Below, piece by piece: positions 18,148 through 30,865 of a stretch of DNA of 64,000 nt. The notes below the pieces were generated by a model that worked only from the letters and a program-made list of their open reading frames with translations, ran no database searches and had not been told where the DNA came from. The first letter of the stretch is position 1, and the number at the start of each line of letters is the position of its first letter. This stretch comes from Candidatus Rokuibacteriota bacterium. GTDB taxonomy: Bacteria; Methylomirabilota; Methylomirabilia; Rokubacteriales; CSP1-6. A program made the position numbers and the translations under genes. The stretch spans positions 28,174 to 92,173 of the forward strand of contig VGLJ01000002.1 of the NCBI GenBank assembly GCA_016866775.1, in the 5' to 3' direction.

Positions 18148-19803
18148 TCATCCGGCCGTGTAGCGCTGCAACTCGCGCGGGACGAACCACTCGTGGAAGT
18201 TGTACATGATCCCGCCCGGCGACGGCTTCACGCCGCGCACGCGGGCGGTGATCGCGGGCAGCGCGTCCCGGTGATAGAGGAAGATGACGGGGATGTCGTC
18301 CGCGAGGATCTCGTGGACGCGATGGTAGTACTTCGCGCGCTCGTCCTGGAAGCACGTGGCGCGCCCGCGCTCCAGCAGGCCGTCGACTTCGGCGTTGGCG
18401 TACGACGCGACGTTGAAGTCTTCGGGACGGGTCTTGGAGGAATGGAAGAGCGCGGTCATGTCGGGATCGCGCCCGAGGCCCCAGCCGAGCACGAAGGCGT
18501 CGAAGTTCCGCTTGCGCACGTGCTCCTTCAGGAGCGTCGCCCACTCCACCGTCCGCAGGTCGACCTTGAGGCCGAGCTCGCGCAACGCGGCCTGGATGAT
18601 CTCGGCGATCTTCTTGCGCTCGTCGTTGCCCTGGTTGGTGAGGATCTCGAACGCAAACGGCTTGCCGTCCTTCAGGAGGAACCCGTCCGCGTCACGGTCG
18701 CGCCACCCCGCCTCCGCGAGGAGCCGGCGGGCGCGCGCGAGGTCGTACGGGAGCGATTTGACCTCGCCGTTGTGGGCCCACGCGCCGGGGAGGTAGGGGC
18801 CGGTCGCGTTGCGGCCGAGGCCGAGGATCACGTGGTCGATGAGCTCCTGCTTGTTGATCGCGTGCGCGATCGCGTGGCGCACGCGCTTGTCGGCGAACCG
18901 CGGGTCCTTCATGTTGAAGGCGAAGTACGTGACGGAGTTCGACGCGTAGCGGAACCGCTGGTACGCCTTGCGGAACGCCGGATACTCCGTCTGCCGCTTG
19001 TACTGCAGCGCGGTGAGCGAGGCGCCGTCGACGCCCTTCGCCTTGAGCTCGAGGAAGATGGTGGCCTGGCTCGGGATGATGCGATAGACGATGCGGCTGA
19101 TGTAGGGCCGGTCCGGCTCGTAGTAGTCGGGGTTCGCGACGAGCACGACCTTCTCCCCGGACTTCCACTCCTTGAAGCGGTACGGCCCCGTGCCGACGGG
19201 CGACGTCCGGTTCTGCGGCGCCTCGCGCAGCTTGCCGTCCTTCATGTAGGACTCGAGCAGGTGGCGCGGCAGCATGTACATGGACCAGCTCTGCAGCGCC
19301 TTGGCGTAGGGCGTCTTGTACGTGATCTGCAGCGTGTGAGGATCGACGGCCTCGATGGTCTCCACCGCGGCGAAGTCCTCGCGGTACGCGGTCGGCGTCT
19401 TGGGGTTCACCATCGTCGCGTGGGTGAACACGACGTCGTCCGCGGTGAACGGCTTGCCGTCGTGCCATCGCACGTTCTTGCGGAGCCGGAACGTGAGATG
19501 GCGGCAGTCGGGACTGAACGTCCACGACTCCGCGAGCTCGGGGATGACCTTGAGGTCCTTGTCGTAGGTCACGAGGCCGCTGTAGATCTGCCCGCCGACG
19601 TCGTGAGAGGCGCTGTCGTTGGCGATGTTCGGGATGAGCGCCGACACGTTGCCGATCGAGGCCTCGATGAAGGTGTCGCCCTTCGCGGGCGTGTTGTCCT
19701 TCACCGCGACGGGCTCGTCGGCGCCGCCGCGGTCGACGCCGCAGCCGGCGAGCGCGAGCGCGCTCGCGAGGGCGAGCCCGCCGAGCAGCGGCCCCCGTTC
19801 CAT
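18148..19803 (-). CDS. ABC transporter substrate-binding lipoprotein, family 5 (peptide/nickel/opine type)
   Basis: Lipobox LALAGC; DppA/OppA-family length and sequence. Confidence 0.9.
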   Translation of the reverse strand: MERGPLLGGLALASALALAGCGVDRGGADEPVAVKDNTPAKGDTFIEASIGNVSALIPNIANDSASHDVGGQIYSGLVTYDKDLKVIPELAESWTFSPDCRHLTFRLRKNVRWHDGKPFTADDVVFTHATMVNPKTPTAYREDFAAVETIEAVDPHTLQITYKTPYAKALQSWSMYMLPRHLLESYMKDGKLREAPQNRTSPVGTGPYRFKEWKSGEKVVLVANPDYYEPDRPYISRIVYRIIPSQATIFLELKAKGVDGASLTALQYKRQTEYPAFRKAYQRFRYASNSVTYFAFNMKDPRFADKRVRHAIAHAINKQELIDHVILGLGRNATGPYLPGAWAHNGEVKSLPYDLARARRLLAEAGWRDRDADGFLLKDGKPFAFEILTNQGNDERKKIAEIIQAALRELGLKVDLRTVEWATLLKEHVRKRNFDAFVLGWGLGRDPDMTALFHSSKTRPEDFNVASYANAEVDGLLERGRATCFQDERAKYYHRVHEILADDIPVIFLYHRDALPAITARVRGVKPSPGGIMYNFHEWFVPRELQRYTAG

Positions 19804-19808
19804 GGGCG

Positions 19809-20183
19809 CTACTTCGTGGGCGCGGCCGCGGGCGGCGCCGGTGCGGGCGCCGTGGTCGCGGGGGGCGCGGGCGTGGCGGGAGCCCGGGAGCCCGCGCCTT
19901 CAGATGGCGTGGCCGGAGCCGGTCGCTCACGCACCACCGAGCCCGTGCTCCCGCGCTCGCCGCCGAGCAACGCGAGCGAGAACGAGGTCAGCGTGAAGAC
20001 GATCGCCACCACCGTCGTGACCTTGCCGAGCACGGTGGGCGTGCTCATCGAGCCGAACACCGCCTGGCTGCCCGCGCCGCCGAACGCCGACCCGATGTCG
20101 GCGCCCTTGCCCGATTGCAGCAGGACGATCGCGATGATGGCGAAACACATGAGCACGTGAACGACCGTGAGCGCGATGATCAT
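19809..20183 (-). CDS. secG: preprotein translocase subunit SecG
   Basis: SecG signature LLQSGKGADIGSAFGGAGSQAVFG; conserved gap-pgk-tpiA-secG synteny. Confidence 0.85.
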   Translation of the reverse strand: MIIALTVVHVLMCFAIIAIVLLQSGKGADIGSAFGGAGSQAVFGSMSTPTVLGKVTTVVAIVFTLTSFSLALLGGERGSTGSVVRERPAPATPSEGAGSRAPATPAPPATTAPAPAPPAAAPTK

Positions 20184-20968
20184 CGACTTCCCTCTCGCGC
20201 GGCCGCGGGCGCCGCGACGGCTTTCTTCACGATGGCGATGAACTCCGGCGCCTTGAGGCTCGCCCCGCCGATCAGGGCGCCGTCGATCTCAGGCTCGGTC
20301 AGCAGACTCTCTGCGTTGTCGGCCTTGACGCTGCCGCCGTACAGGATCGAGGTCGCCTGCGCGGTCTCCTTCGACGAGAGCTCCGAGAGAATCCCGCGCA
20401 GGTAGCCGTGGACTTCGGCGGCCTGCCCTGGCGTCGCGTTGACGCCGGTGCCGATCGCCCACACGGGTTCGTAGGCGAACACCAGCTTGCCGACGGCCTC
20501 CGGACCGAGACCGGCGAGGCCGGCGCGGAGCTGACCTTCGATGGTGGTGAACGTGAGGCCCTGGCGGCGCTCGTCGCCCGTCTCCCCGACACACAGCACC
20601 GGCGTGAGACCGTGCGTGAGGACCGCCTGCACCTTGCGATTGATCTGCTCGTCGGTCTCGCCCATCTCCTTGCGGCGCTCCGAGTGACCGACGAGGACGT
20701 AGCGACAGCCGAGCTCCGCCAGCATCGGCACGGAGATCTCGCCGGTGTGGGCGCCGGACGGCTCGGGATGGCAGTTCTGCGCGCCGAGCGCGATCACGCT
20801 GCCGGCGAGCACCTCGGCGACGGCGGGGAGCGCGGTGAACGGCGGGCACACCGCGATCGTCACCGCGACCTTGCGCTTGAAGCCCTCGCGCACCGCCGAC
20901 GCCAGCGCGCGCGCGTCCGCCTGCAAGCCGTGCATCTTCCAGTTGCCGATGACGAGCGGCGTCCTCAT
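20180..20968 (-). CDS. tpiA: triosephosphate isomerase (true start MRTPLVIGNWKMHG)
   Basis: NWKMHG, GHSERR and AYEPVWAIGTG motifs. Confidence 0.95.
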   Translation of the reverse strand: MRTPLVIGNWKMHGLQADARALASAVREGFKRKVAVTIAVCPPFTALPAVAEVLAGSVIALGAQNCHPEPSGAHTGEISVPMLAELGCRYVLVGHSERRKEMGETDEQINRKVQAVLTHGLTPVLCVGETGDERRQGLTFTTIEGQLRAGLAGLGPEAVGKLVFAYEPVWAIGTGVNATPGQAAEVHGYLRGILSELSSKETAQATSILYGGSVKADNAESLLTEPEIDGALIGGASLKAPEFIAIVKKAVAAPAAAREGSR

Positions 20969-22152
20969 CGTGGCGCCTCCGTGAGGGCCTCGACGCCCGG
21001 AAGCGTGCGGCCCTCGAGGAACTCGAGGAACGCGCCGCCGGCGGTGGAGATGTAGCCGATCCGCTCCGCCACGCCGGCCTGGTTCACCGCGGCCACCGTA
21101 TCGCCGCCGCCGATCACGGAGAACGCCGGCGCCGCCGCGACCGCGCGCGCCACCCCGAGCGTGCCCGCGGCGAACGGCGCCTTCTCGAACACGCCCATCG
21201 GTCCGTTCCACACGACGGTTCCCGCGGTCGTGATCACTCCGTCGAACCGCTCGACCGTCCGCGGTCCGATGTCGAGGCCCATCTGGTCGCCGGGAATGTC
21301 CCGGATCCCGACCGTGCGGCCCGACGGCGCGTCGAGGCCCGCGGCGACGACGGCGTCGATCGGGAGCACCACCTGCACGCCGCGCCGGCGCGCGCTCTCC
21401 AGCACGCGGCGCGCCGTCTCCACCCGGTCGGCTTCGAGGAGCGAGCGGCCGACGCCGTGCCCGAGCGCGTGGAGGAACGTGAACGCCATGCCGCCGCCGA
21501 TCACCAGCGCGTTGACGCGCTCGAGCAGATGCTCGACGAGCGCGACCTTGTCGGAGACCTTCGCGCCGCCGAGGATCGCCACGAGCGGCCGCTGCGGCGC
21601 TTCGAGGATGCGGCCGAGTGCCACGAGCTCCGAGCGCATCAGCAGACCGGCCGCCGCGGGCTGCAGGTGATGCGTGATCGCTTCGATGGAGGCGTGGGCG
21701 CGGTGCGCGGCGGCGAACGCGTCGTTGACGTAACAATCCGCGAGCGCCGCGAGCTCGCGCGCGAAGCCGTCGTCGTTCGCCTCCTCCTCGGGGTGGAAGC
21801 GGAGGTTCTCGAGGAGCAGAAGCTGGCCGCCGGTGACGCCTTTCGCGAGCGTCACCGTGTCGGGGCCGACGCAATCCGGCGCGAGCGGCACGGGCCGGCC
21901 GAGCAGCGACGCCATGCGCTCGGCCACCGGCTTCAGGGAGAACTTCGGATCGCGTGTCCCTTTGGGACGTCCGAGATGCGAGGCCAGCACCACGGCGGCG
22001 CCACGATCGAGCGCCAGCCGGATCGTCGGGACGACCGCGGTGAGCCGCGTGTCGTCGCTCACGGCGCCGCCCTCGAGGGGCGCGTTGAGATCGGCGCGGA
22101 GGAAGACGCGCTTGTCCCGAAGATCGAGCTGCTCGATCGTGAGCTTGGGCAC
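20965..22152 (-). CDS. pgk: phosphoglycerate kinase
   Basis: RADLNAP...ASHLGRPKG...GGGMAFTF signature. Confidence 0.95.
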   Translation of the reverse strand: MPKLTIEQLDLRDKRVFLRADLNAPLEGGAVSDDTRLTAVVPTIRLALDRGAAVVLASHLGRPKGTRDPKFSLKPVAERMASLLGRPVPLAPDCVGPDTVTLAKGVTGGQLLLLENLRFHPEEEANDDGFARELAALADCYVNDAFAAAHRAHASIEAITHHLQPAAAGLLMRSELVALGRILEAPQRPLVAILGGAKVSDKVALVEHLLERVNALVIGGGMAFTFLHALGHGVGRSLLEADRVETARRVLESARRRGVQVVLPIDAVVAAGLDAPSGRTVGIRDIPGDQMGLDIGPRTVERFDGVITTAGTVVWNGPMGVFEKAPFAAGTLGVARAVAAAPAFSVIGGGDTVAAVNQAGVAERIGYISTAGGAFLEFLEGRTLPGVEALTEAPR

Positions 22153-22158
22153 GCGCGA

Positions 22159-23199
<1,041 letters not shown>

Positions 23200-23227
23200 C
23201 TACGATCGCCCCAAAGTATACAGGCAC

Positions 23228-23893
23228 TTACAGGACACGAGCAACTGCGAGCACGCCGACGCGCGCGGCCCCGGCCGCGCGGAGCGCGCGCGCGCACTCT
23301 GCGACCGTAGTTCCCGTCGTGATCACGTCGTCGATGAGCACCACGTATCGCCCCGCGACCGCGGAAGACGCCGCGAAGGCACCGGCGACGTTGGCGCGCC
23401 GTTCCGCCGCGGTGAGGTCGGTCTGCGGGACGGTGGCACGCCGCCGTACGAGCCAGCGCGGCCGGACGCGGAGCCCGGTACGCTCACCGACACGCTCCGC
23501 CAGCAGGACCGCCTGATTGAAGCCTCGCGCGCGCTCGCGACCGCGCGCGAGCGGCACCGGCACGAGCGCGTCGGGACCGCCGGCCAGGGCGCCGCCGCAC
23601 TGCTCGACGATCAAGTCCCCGAGCGGCCGTGCCAGCGAGCGCCGGCCCCCGAACTTCAGTCCGTGGATCGCTTCGCGGACCGCGCCGCCGAACGCGGCCG
23701 AGGCGCATGCGTACTCCCACCCCGGCTCGGCGTCGTGACAGGCGGCGCACGCGAGCGGCGGCGTGATGCGCGAGAAGCTGCTCCAGCACGTGCCGCAGAT
23801 GGGATCCCGCCGGCCGGCGGCCAGACGCGCCGCGCAGAGCGGACAGACCGCGGGGAAGAGGAGGTCGAGCGCCGCGAGCGCGAGAGCCCGCAT
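23228..23893 (-). CDS. ComF-family phosphoribosyltransferase-like protein
   Basis: N-terminal Cys-rich zinc-finger (CPLCA...CGTC) plus PRTase-type C-terminus VVLIDDVITTGTT. Confidence 0.7.
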   Translation of the reverse strand: MRALALAALDLLFPAVCPLCAARLAAGRRDPICGTCWSSFSRITPPLACAACHDAEPGWEYACASAAFGGAVREAIHGLKFGGRRSLARPLGDLIVEQCGGALAGGPDALVPVPLARGRERARGFNQAVLLAERVGERTGLRVRPRWLVRRRATVPQTDLTAAERRANVAGAFAASSAVAGRYVVLIDDVITTGTTVAECARALRAAGAARVGVLAVARVL

Positions 23894-23905
23894 CGCGGGC
23901 GATGC

Positions 23906-24823
23906 CTAGCCGCGGGCGGGGTGGACGGTGTTCCACGCGCGGCAGCGCTCGCAGCGCTCGCGCCATCCGGCGGCCGCGGCGCCGCACGCGGCGCAGACGT
24001 GCGGCCACTCGAACGCATGACCGAGGCGGAGCGCGCGCCGGTACTCCTCGAACGCGGCGCGCGTCTCGCCGCGCCGCTCGAAGACCGCGCCGAGGTACGC
24101 GTGCACCAGCGGCAGATCGGGGGCACGGACCTCGACTTTCTCCAGCTGGTCGGCGGCCTCATCGAGCATCTCGAGCTCGAGATAGACGCGGCCCAGCGCG
24201 ACCGCGAGCGCCAGATCGTTCCCCGCGCGGGCCACGGCGTCCTGATACACCGCGATCATGCGGCTCGGCCGTCCTTCCTCGCGATACGCGCGCTCGAGCC
24301 GAGTGAGCAGCGGCAGCGCGGGATGCGTCTCGGCGGCGCGCTCCCACGCGCGGACGGCCTCGCGCCGATCGCCGGCCGCTTCGTAGGCTTCCCCGAGCGC
24401 GACGAGCGCCGGCAGGAAGTCGCGATCGAGGCGCAGCACCGCACGGAAGTATCCGAGCGCGCTCGCGGGGCGGCCGTGCGCCAGCTCGGTGCGCCCCGCC
24501 TCATGGAGCAGCACGGCCTCCTCGTCGCGCCGGCCGGCGGTATGCGCCTCGCGCGCCCGGCGCACGAGCTCCGCCGTCTCGGGATCGGAGGCGGAGTCCG
24601 GCGGGCGGGCGGTGAACTGCTGGACGACGCCGCGGCCGCGGGCGACGAGGTCGCGGAGCGCGGTGATCAGTGAGGCCACGGCGTCGAAACGCGGATCCGC
24701 GGACCCGGGTTCCGGATCACCCGGTCGCCATGCGCTCCTCTTCCTCCACGACGCGCTGGCATTCGATGCAGTGGCGCGCGAAGGGGAGCGCTTCGAGACG
24801 CTTCTCGGCGATGGGCTCGCCAC
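23906..24823 (-). CDS. TPR-repeat protein with C-terminal rubredoxin-like zinc ribbon (LapB/YciM-like); start uncertain
   Basis: TPR-like repeats and C-terminal HVCAACGAAAAGWRERCERCRAW. Confidence 0.5.
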   Translation of the reverse strand: MASPSPRSVSKRSPSRATASNASASWRKRSAWRPGDPEPGSADPRFDAVASLITALRDLVARGRGVVQQFTARPPDSASDPETAELVRRAREAHTAGRRDEEAVLLHEAGRTELAHGRPASALGYFRAVLRLDRDFLPALVALGEAYEAAGDRREAVRAWERAAETHPALPLLTRLERAYREEGRPSRMIAVYQDAVARAGNDLALAVALGRVYLELEMLDEAADQLEKVEVRAPDLPLVHAYLGAVFERRGETRAAFEEYRRALRLGHAFEWPHVCAACGAAAAGWRERCERCRAWNTVHPARG

Positions 24824-25082
24824 AGCGCTCGCAGGTGCCGAAGTTGCCGTCGTCGATGCGCTGCAGGGCCGACACCACGTCGCGGAGGAGCCGGCGGTCG
24901 CCGTTGCCGAGCTCGAAGAAGAACTCGCGCGTGTACGCGGTGTTCGCCTGATCGCCGAGATCCTTGATCGAGTCGTCCTCCTGATACTTGCCGTAGACTG
25001 CGCTCTTTCCCACGTCGGCCGTGAGCTGCTGTTGCTTCTCCAGCAGGCGCTTTCTGAAGTAGATCAGGCGACCCTTCCTCAT
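24717..25082 (-). CDS. DksA/TraR-family C4 zinc-finger transcription factor
   Basis: CERCGEPI...CIECQ four-Cys finger, ~120 aa. Confidence 0.8.
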   Translation of the reverse strand: MRKGRLIYFRKRLLEKQQQLTADVGKSAVYGKYQEDDSIKDLGDQANTAYTREFFFELGNGDRRLLRDVVSALQRIDDGNFGTCERCGEPIAEKRLEALPFARHCIECQRVVEEEERMATG

Positions 25083-25100
25083 CGGGACCTCCTACCGCCG

Positions 25101-25136
25101 GTTGCGTGTCGAGGCAGGCTAGCACGCAACCCGTCA
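25101..25136 (-). terminator. hairpin GGTTGCGTG-N14-CACGCAACC between rsfS stop and the dksA-like start
   Basis: Perfect 9-bp inverted repeat directly after the rsfS stop. Confidence 0.4.
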
Positions 25137-25487
25137 GCCTTCAATGGGAACGGAGGGCGCGTCGCCCCAGAGCCGTTCGAGCGCGTAATACGCGCGCGTG
25201 TCCTCGAGAAAAACGTGCACGAGCACGTCGCCGTAATCGAGGAGCACCCATCCGCTCTCGGGCTTTCCCTCGGCGTGGAGCGGCCGGATCCCGTCGGCCT
25301 TCAGCTCCGTGCGGATCGCGTCGACGATCGTGCGCAGGTGCGGCGTCGACTTGCCGCCGCAGACGAGGAAGTAGTCGGTCACCGACGACACGCGCTGCAC
25401 GTCGAGCACGGTGAGGTCGACGGCCTTCTTGTCGAGCGCCGCCCGCGCCGCGCGCTGGGCCGTGCCGCGTCCGCCCGCGCGCGCCAT
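25134..25487 (-). CDS. rsfS: ribosome silencing factor RsfS (Iojap)
   Basis: YFLVCGGKSTPHLRTIVDAI...DYGDVLVHVF motif; conserved position after nadD. Confidence 0.85.
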   Translation of the reverse strand: MARAGGRGTAQRAARAALDKKAVDLTVLDVQRVSSVTDYFLVCGGKSTPHLRTIVDAIRTELKADGIRPLHAEGKPESGWVLLDYGDVLVHVFLEDTRAYYALERLWGDAPSVPIEG

Positions 25488-26131
25488 CACGCGCGCCCCC
25501 CGTAGAGACGGTGACGCGCGATGTAGTCGGCGACCGGCGGCGGCACGCGATAGGTGATGGACGCGCCGCGCGCGACGCGCGCGCGGATGTCCGAGGCCGA
25601 CAGCGGGAGTGACGTCGCGTGCAGGACGATCACGCCTGCGTCCGGCGCGCCGTCGTCGGCGCGCGCGATGCCGTCGGCGCCGATCTCGCGGAGCACCTTC
25701 TGCGCGGCGGCGCTCTCGGGATCGAACGCGCTCCGGGCGCGCGGGATCACGACGAGGCGGCAGCGGGCCGCGATGCGGCGCGGCTCGTGCCACGAGAGCA
25801 GGTCGAGGAACGTCTCCGAGCCGATCACGAGGTAGAGGTCGGCCGGCGCCACGCCGAGCGCCTCGACGGTGTCCGCGGTGTACGACGGGCCCGTGCGGCG
25901 CAGCTCGAGGTCCGATGCCTCGAACGCCGGGTTGCCGGCGATGGCGAGCCGCACCATCGCGAGGCGGTGCTCGCCGGGCGCCATGCCCGCCGCCGGCTTG
26001 TGCGGCGGGATACCGGCGGGCATGAAGACGACGCGCGCGAGCCCGAGGCGCTCGCGCACCTCGTCGGCGAGCAGCAGATGGCCATAGTGGATCGGATTGA
26101 ACGAGCCGCCGAAGAGCGCCGTGCGCGCCAC
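25487..26131 (-). CDS. nadD: nicotinate-nucleotide adenylyltransferase
   Basis: FGGSFNPIHYGHL nucleotidyltransferase motif. Confidence 0.9.
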   Translation of the reverse strand: MARTALFGGSFNPIHYGHLLLADEVRERLGLARVVFMPAGIPPHKPAAGMAPGEHRLAMVRLAIAGNPAFEASDLELRRTGPSYTADTVEALGVAPADLYLVIGSETFLDLLSWHEPRRIAARCRLVVIPRARSAFDPESAAAQKVLREIGADGIARADDGAPDAGVIVLHATSLPLSASDIRARVARGASITYRVPPPVADYIARHRLYGGRA

Positions 26132-26132
26132 G

Positions 26133-27389
26133 CTACTCGCGCACCTGCCCGTCGCCGTGGACCACGAACTTCGTCGTCGTGAGCTCCCGCACCCCGACGG
26201 GGCCGCGCGCGTGCACGCGGGACGTCGAGATCCCCATCTCCGCCCCGAGGCCGAACTGGTTGCCGTCGACGAGGCGGGTCGACGCGTTGACGAGCACGGC
26301 CGCCGCGTCGACCTCGCGCGTGAACCGGCGCGCGGCGGCGAGGTCGTTGGTCACGATCGCCTCGGCGAGGCCCGTGCCGTGCGCGCGGATGTGCGCGATC
26401 GCGCTGCCCAGATCCGGCACGACCTTCACCGCGAGCACGAGGTCGAGATACTCCTCGTCCCAGTCGGCGTCACTCGCCGGCGCCGCTCCCGGTACGAGCG
26501 CGCGTGTCTTCGGGCAGCCGCGCAACGCCACGCCGGCGTCGACGAGCCGCGCGGCGATCATCGGCAAGAGCCGCGGCGCCGCAGCCTCGTGCACGAGCAG
26601 CGTCTCGAGCGCGTTGCAGACGCTCGGCCGCTGGGCCTTCGCGTTGACGACGATCGCGGCCGCCATCTCGGCATCCGCGGCGGCGTCGACGTACACGTGG
26701 ACGAGCCCCTTGTCGTGCTTGAGCACCGGCACGCGCGAGCGCTCGGCCACCCATCGCACGAAGTCCTCGCCGCCGCGCGGGATCACGAGATCGAGCAGGC
26801 CGTCGAGCTCGAGCATCGCCGCGACGGCCGCGCGGTCGGTCGTGTCGATGAACTGGATCGCGTCCGCCGGCCCGCCCGCCTTCTCCGCCGCTTTCGCGAG
26901 TAGCGCCGCGATCATCGTGTTCGACTCGATCGCCTCGCTGCCGCCGCGCAGGAGCACCGCGTTGCCCGACTTGAAGCAGAGGGCCGCGGCGTCGGCGGTG
27001 ACGTTCGGGCGCGACTCGTAGATGAAGCCGATCACGCCCAGCGGGACGCGGACGCGCGCGATCTCGAGGCCGTTCGGCCGGCGCCACGCATCGACGACGT
27101 CGCCGACGGGATCCGGCAGCGCGGCGACCTCGCGGAGCTGGCTCGCCATCTGCTCGACGCGCGTCTCGGTGAGCGTGAGGCGATCGAGGAACGCCCGCGG
27201 GTGACCGGCGGTGCGGGCACGATCGAGATCCGCGCGGTTGGCCTCGATGAGCGCCGCGGTCTTCTCTTCGAGCGCACGGGCCATCTGCGCGAGCGCGTCG
27301 TTCTTCGTCTTCGTCGGACACAGCGCCAGGATCGCCGCCGCGTTCCGCGCCGCCTGCGCCTTCGCCCTCACCAGCGCCGTCACGTCCAT
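26133..27389 (-). CDS. proA: gamma-glutamyl phosphate reductase
   Basis: Full-length ProA similarity (catalytic Cys region ...NAKAQRPSVCNALETLLVH...). Confidence 0.95.
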   Translation of the reverse strand: MDVTALVRAKAQAARNAAAILALCPTKTKNDALAQMARALEEKTAALIEANRADLDRARTAGHPRAFLDRLTLTETRVEQMASQLREVAALPDPVGDVVDAWRRPNGLEIARVRVPLGVIGFIYESRPNVTADAAALCFKSGNAVLLRGGSEAIESNTMIAALLAKAAEKAGGPADAIQFIDTTDRAAVAAMLELDGLLDLVIPRGGEDFVRWVAERSRVPVLKHDKGLVHVYVDAAADAEMAAAIVVNAKAQRPSVCNALETLLVHEAAAPRLLPMIAARLVDAGVALRGCPKTRALVPGAAPASDADWDEEYLDLVLAVKVVPDLGSAIAHIRAHGTGLAEAIVTNDLAAARRFTREVDAAAVLVNASTRLVDGNQFGLGAEMGISTSRVHARGPVGVRELTTTKFVVHGDGQVRE

Positions 27390-27399
27390 GCCCTTGCCC

Positions 27400-29585
<2,186 letters not shown>

Positions 29586-29588
29586 CCG

Positions 29589-29846
29589 TCAGGCCGGCTG
29601 GGTGAGGATGCTGATGAAGCGCGAGTCCCCCCGCCGCTCGAAGCGTACGTAGCCGTCGATCTTCGCGAAGAGCGTGTCGTCGTTGCCGCGGCCGACGTTG
29701 AGGCCGGGCTTGAAGCGGGTCCCGCGCTGCCGGACGAGAATGCTGCCGCCGGTCACGAATTGGCCGCCGAACCGCTTGACGCCGAGCATCTGCGGGTTCG
29801 AGTCGCGGCCGTTACGGGAGCTGCCAACGCCTTTCTTGTGCGCCAT
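29589..29846 (-). CDS. rpmA: 50S ribosomal protein L27
   Basis: [16 protein letters not shown]... canonical L27. Confidence 0.95.
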   Translation of the reverse strand: MAHKKGVGSSRNGRDSNPQMLGVKRFGGQFVTGGSILVRQRGTRFKPGLNVGRGNDDTLFAKIDGYVRFERRGDSRFISILTQPA

Positions 29847-29852
29847 GTCGCC

Positions 29853-30167
29853 TCAGACCTCGATGTCGGTGATGCGCACCGTGGTCGCCGCCTGCCGGTG
29901 ACCGCGGTGCCGACGGTAGTTCTTGCGCCGCTTGAACTTCACGATCATGACCTTGCGGGAGCGCGCCTGCCGCACGACCTCGCCCTTCACGAGCGCCGTC
30001 TTCAGCGCGTCGGCGCCGGAGAGGACGTCGCCGCCATCCCGCGTGACCATGAGGACCGATCGGAACTCGACGACCCCGCCCTTGTCGCCCGGAAGCTTCT
30101 CGACGGAAATGACCTGGCCCGGCGTCACGCGGTACTGCTTGCCCCCTGTGGCGATCACGGCTTCCAT
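29853..30167 (-). CDS. rplU: 50S ribosomal protein L21
   Basis: MEAVIATGGKQYRV...canonical L21. Confidence 0.95.
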   Translation of the reverse strand: MEAVIATGGKQYRVTPGQVISVEKLPGDKGGVVEFRSVLMVTRDGGDVLSGADALKTALVKGEVVRQARSRKVMIVKFKRRKNYRRHRGHRQAATTVRITDIEV

Positions 30168-30219
30168 CGACGTCAGACCCTCGTCTTTCTCTTGAGTGAC
30201 AAGCCGTTATCAGACCATA

Positions 30220-30250
30220 GGGGGCCGGAGGGCGTCAACTCCTGGCCCCC
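30220..30250 (-). terminator. hairpin GGGGGCC-N17-GGCCCCC immediately after the ECF sigma stop codon
   Basis: 7-bp GC stem with a structured loop. Confidence 0.45.
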
Positions 30251-30253
30251 GGC

Positions 30254-30865
30254 TCAGGCGGCGCCGGCCAGGTAGCCCGCGAGCTTCTTGCGGACGAACA
30301 GCCGCGACCGGTGCACCCGCGACTTCACCGCGGGCAGGCTGATGCCGAGCGTCTCCGCGATGTCCGGGTTCGGCATGCCTTCGACGTCGTGCATCACGAG
30401 CGCCGTGCGGTAGTCCGGCGGCAGCTCGCCGATCGCCCGCTCGAGGACGTCGCGCAGCTCGCCGTTCACGGCGTTGTCGTCCACGCGCGGCGCCCAGTCG
30501 TCCATCGGCTCGAAGTGCAGGCCCTCCCCGTCCATCGCCGGCAGCACGTCGTCGAGCGCGATCTCGTGGGCCTTCGCCTTGCGCGAGCGCAGCTTCTGGT
30601 ACGCGGCGTTCGCGGCGATGCGATAGAGCCAGCTGCCGAACTGCGACTCGCCCTTGAAGCTGGCGATCTTCCGCGCGGCGGTCCACAGCGCGTCCTGCGT
30701 CGCTTCCTCGGCGTCCTCGTTGGAGCCGGTGATCCGGTAGGTCAGCCGGTACACACGGTCGCCGTAGGTGTCGACGAGCAGCTCCGCCGCCGCGGGATCT
30801 TCCGCGCGAAGCGCTTCGAGCAGCGCCGCGTCGCGATCCACTTTCGGACGGGTTTCCGTCGTCAT
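30254..30865 (-). CDS. ECF-type RNA polymerase sigma factor (sigma-70 regions 2 and 4)
   Basis: Region 2 ...YRLTYRITGSNEDAEEATQDALW... and region 4 ...YRTALVMHDVEGMPNPDIAETLGISLPAVKSRVHRSR. Confidence 0.85.
   Translation of the reverse strand: MTTETRPKVDRDAALLEALRAEDPAAAELLVDTYGDRVYRLTYRITGSNEDAEEATQDALWTAARKIASFKGESQFGSWLYRIAANAAYQKLRSRKAKAHEIALDDVLPAMDGEGLHFEPMDDWAPRVDDNAVNGELRDVLERAIGELPPDYRTALVMHDVEGMPNPDIAETLGISLPAVKSRVHRSRLFVRKKLAGYLAGAA

Noticed and set aside
30170-30254. sigma70 promoter for rplU built from TTGACG/TTGTCA hexamers
   Set aside because: No acceptable -10 at 16-19 nt spacing from either candidate -35; left unannotated apart from the terminator hairpin.
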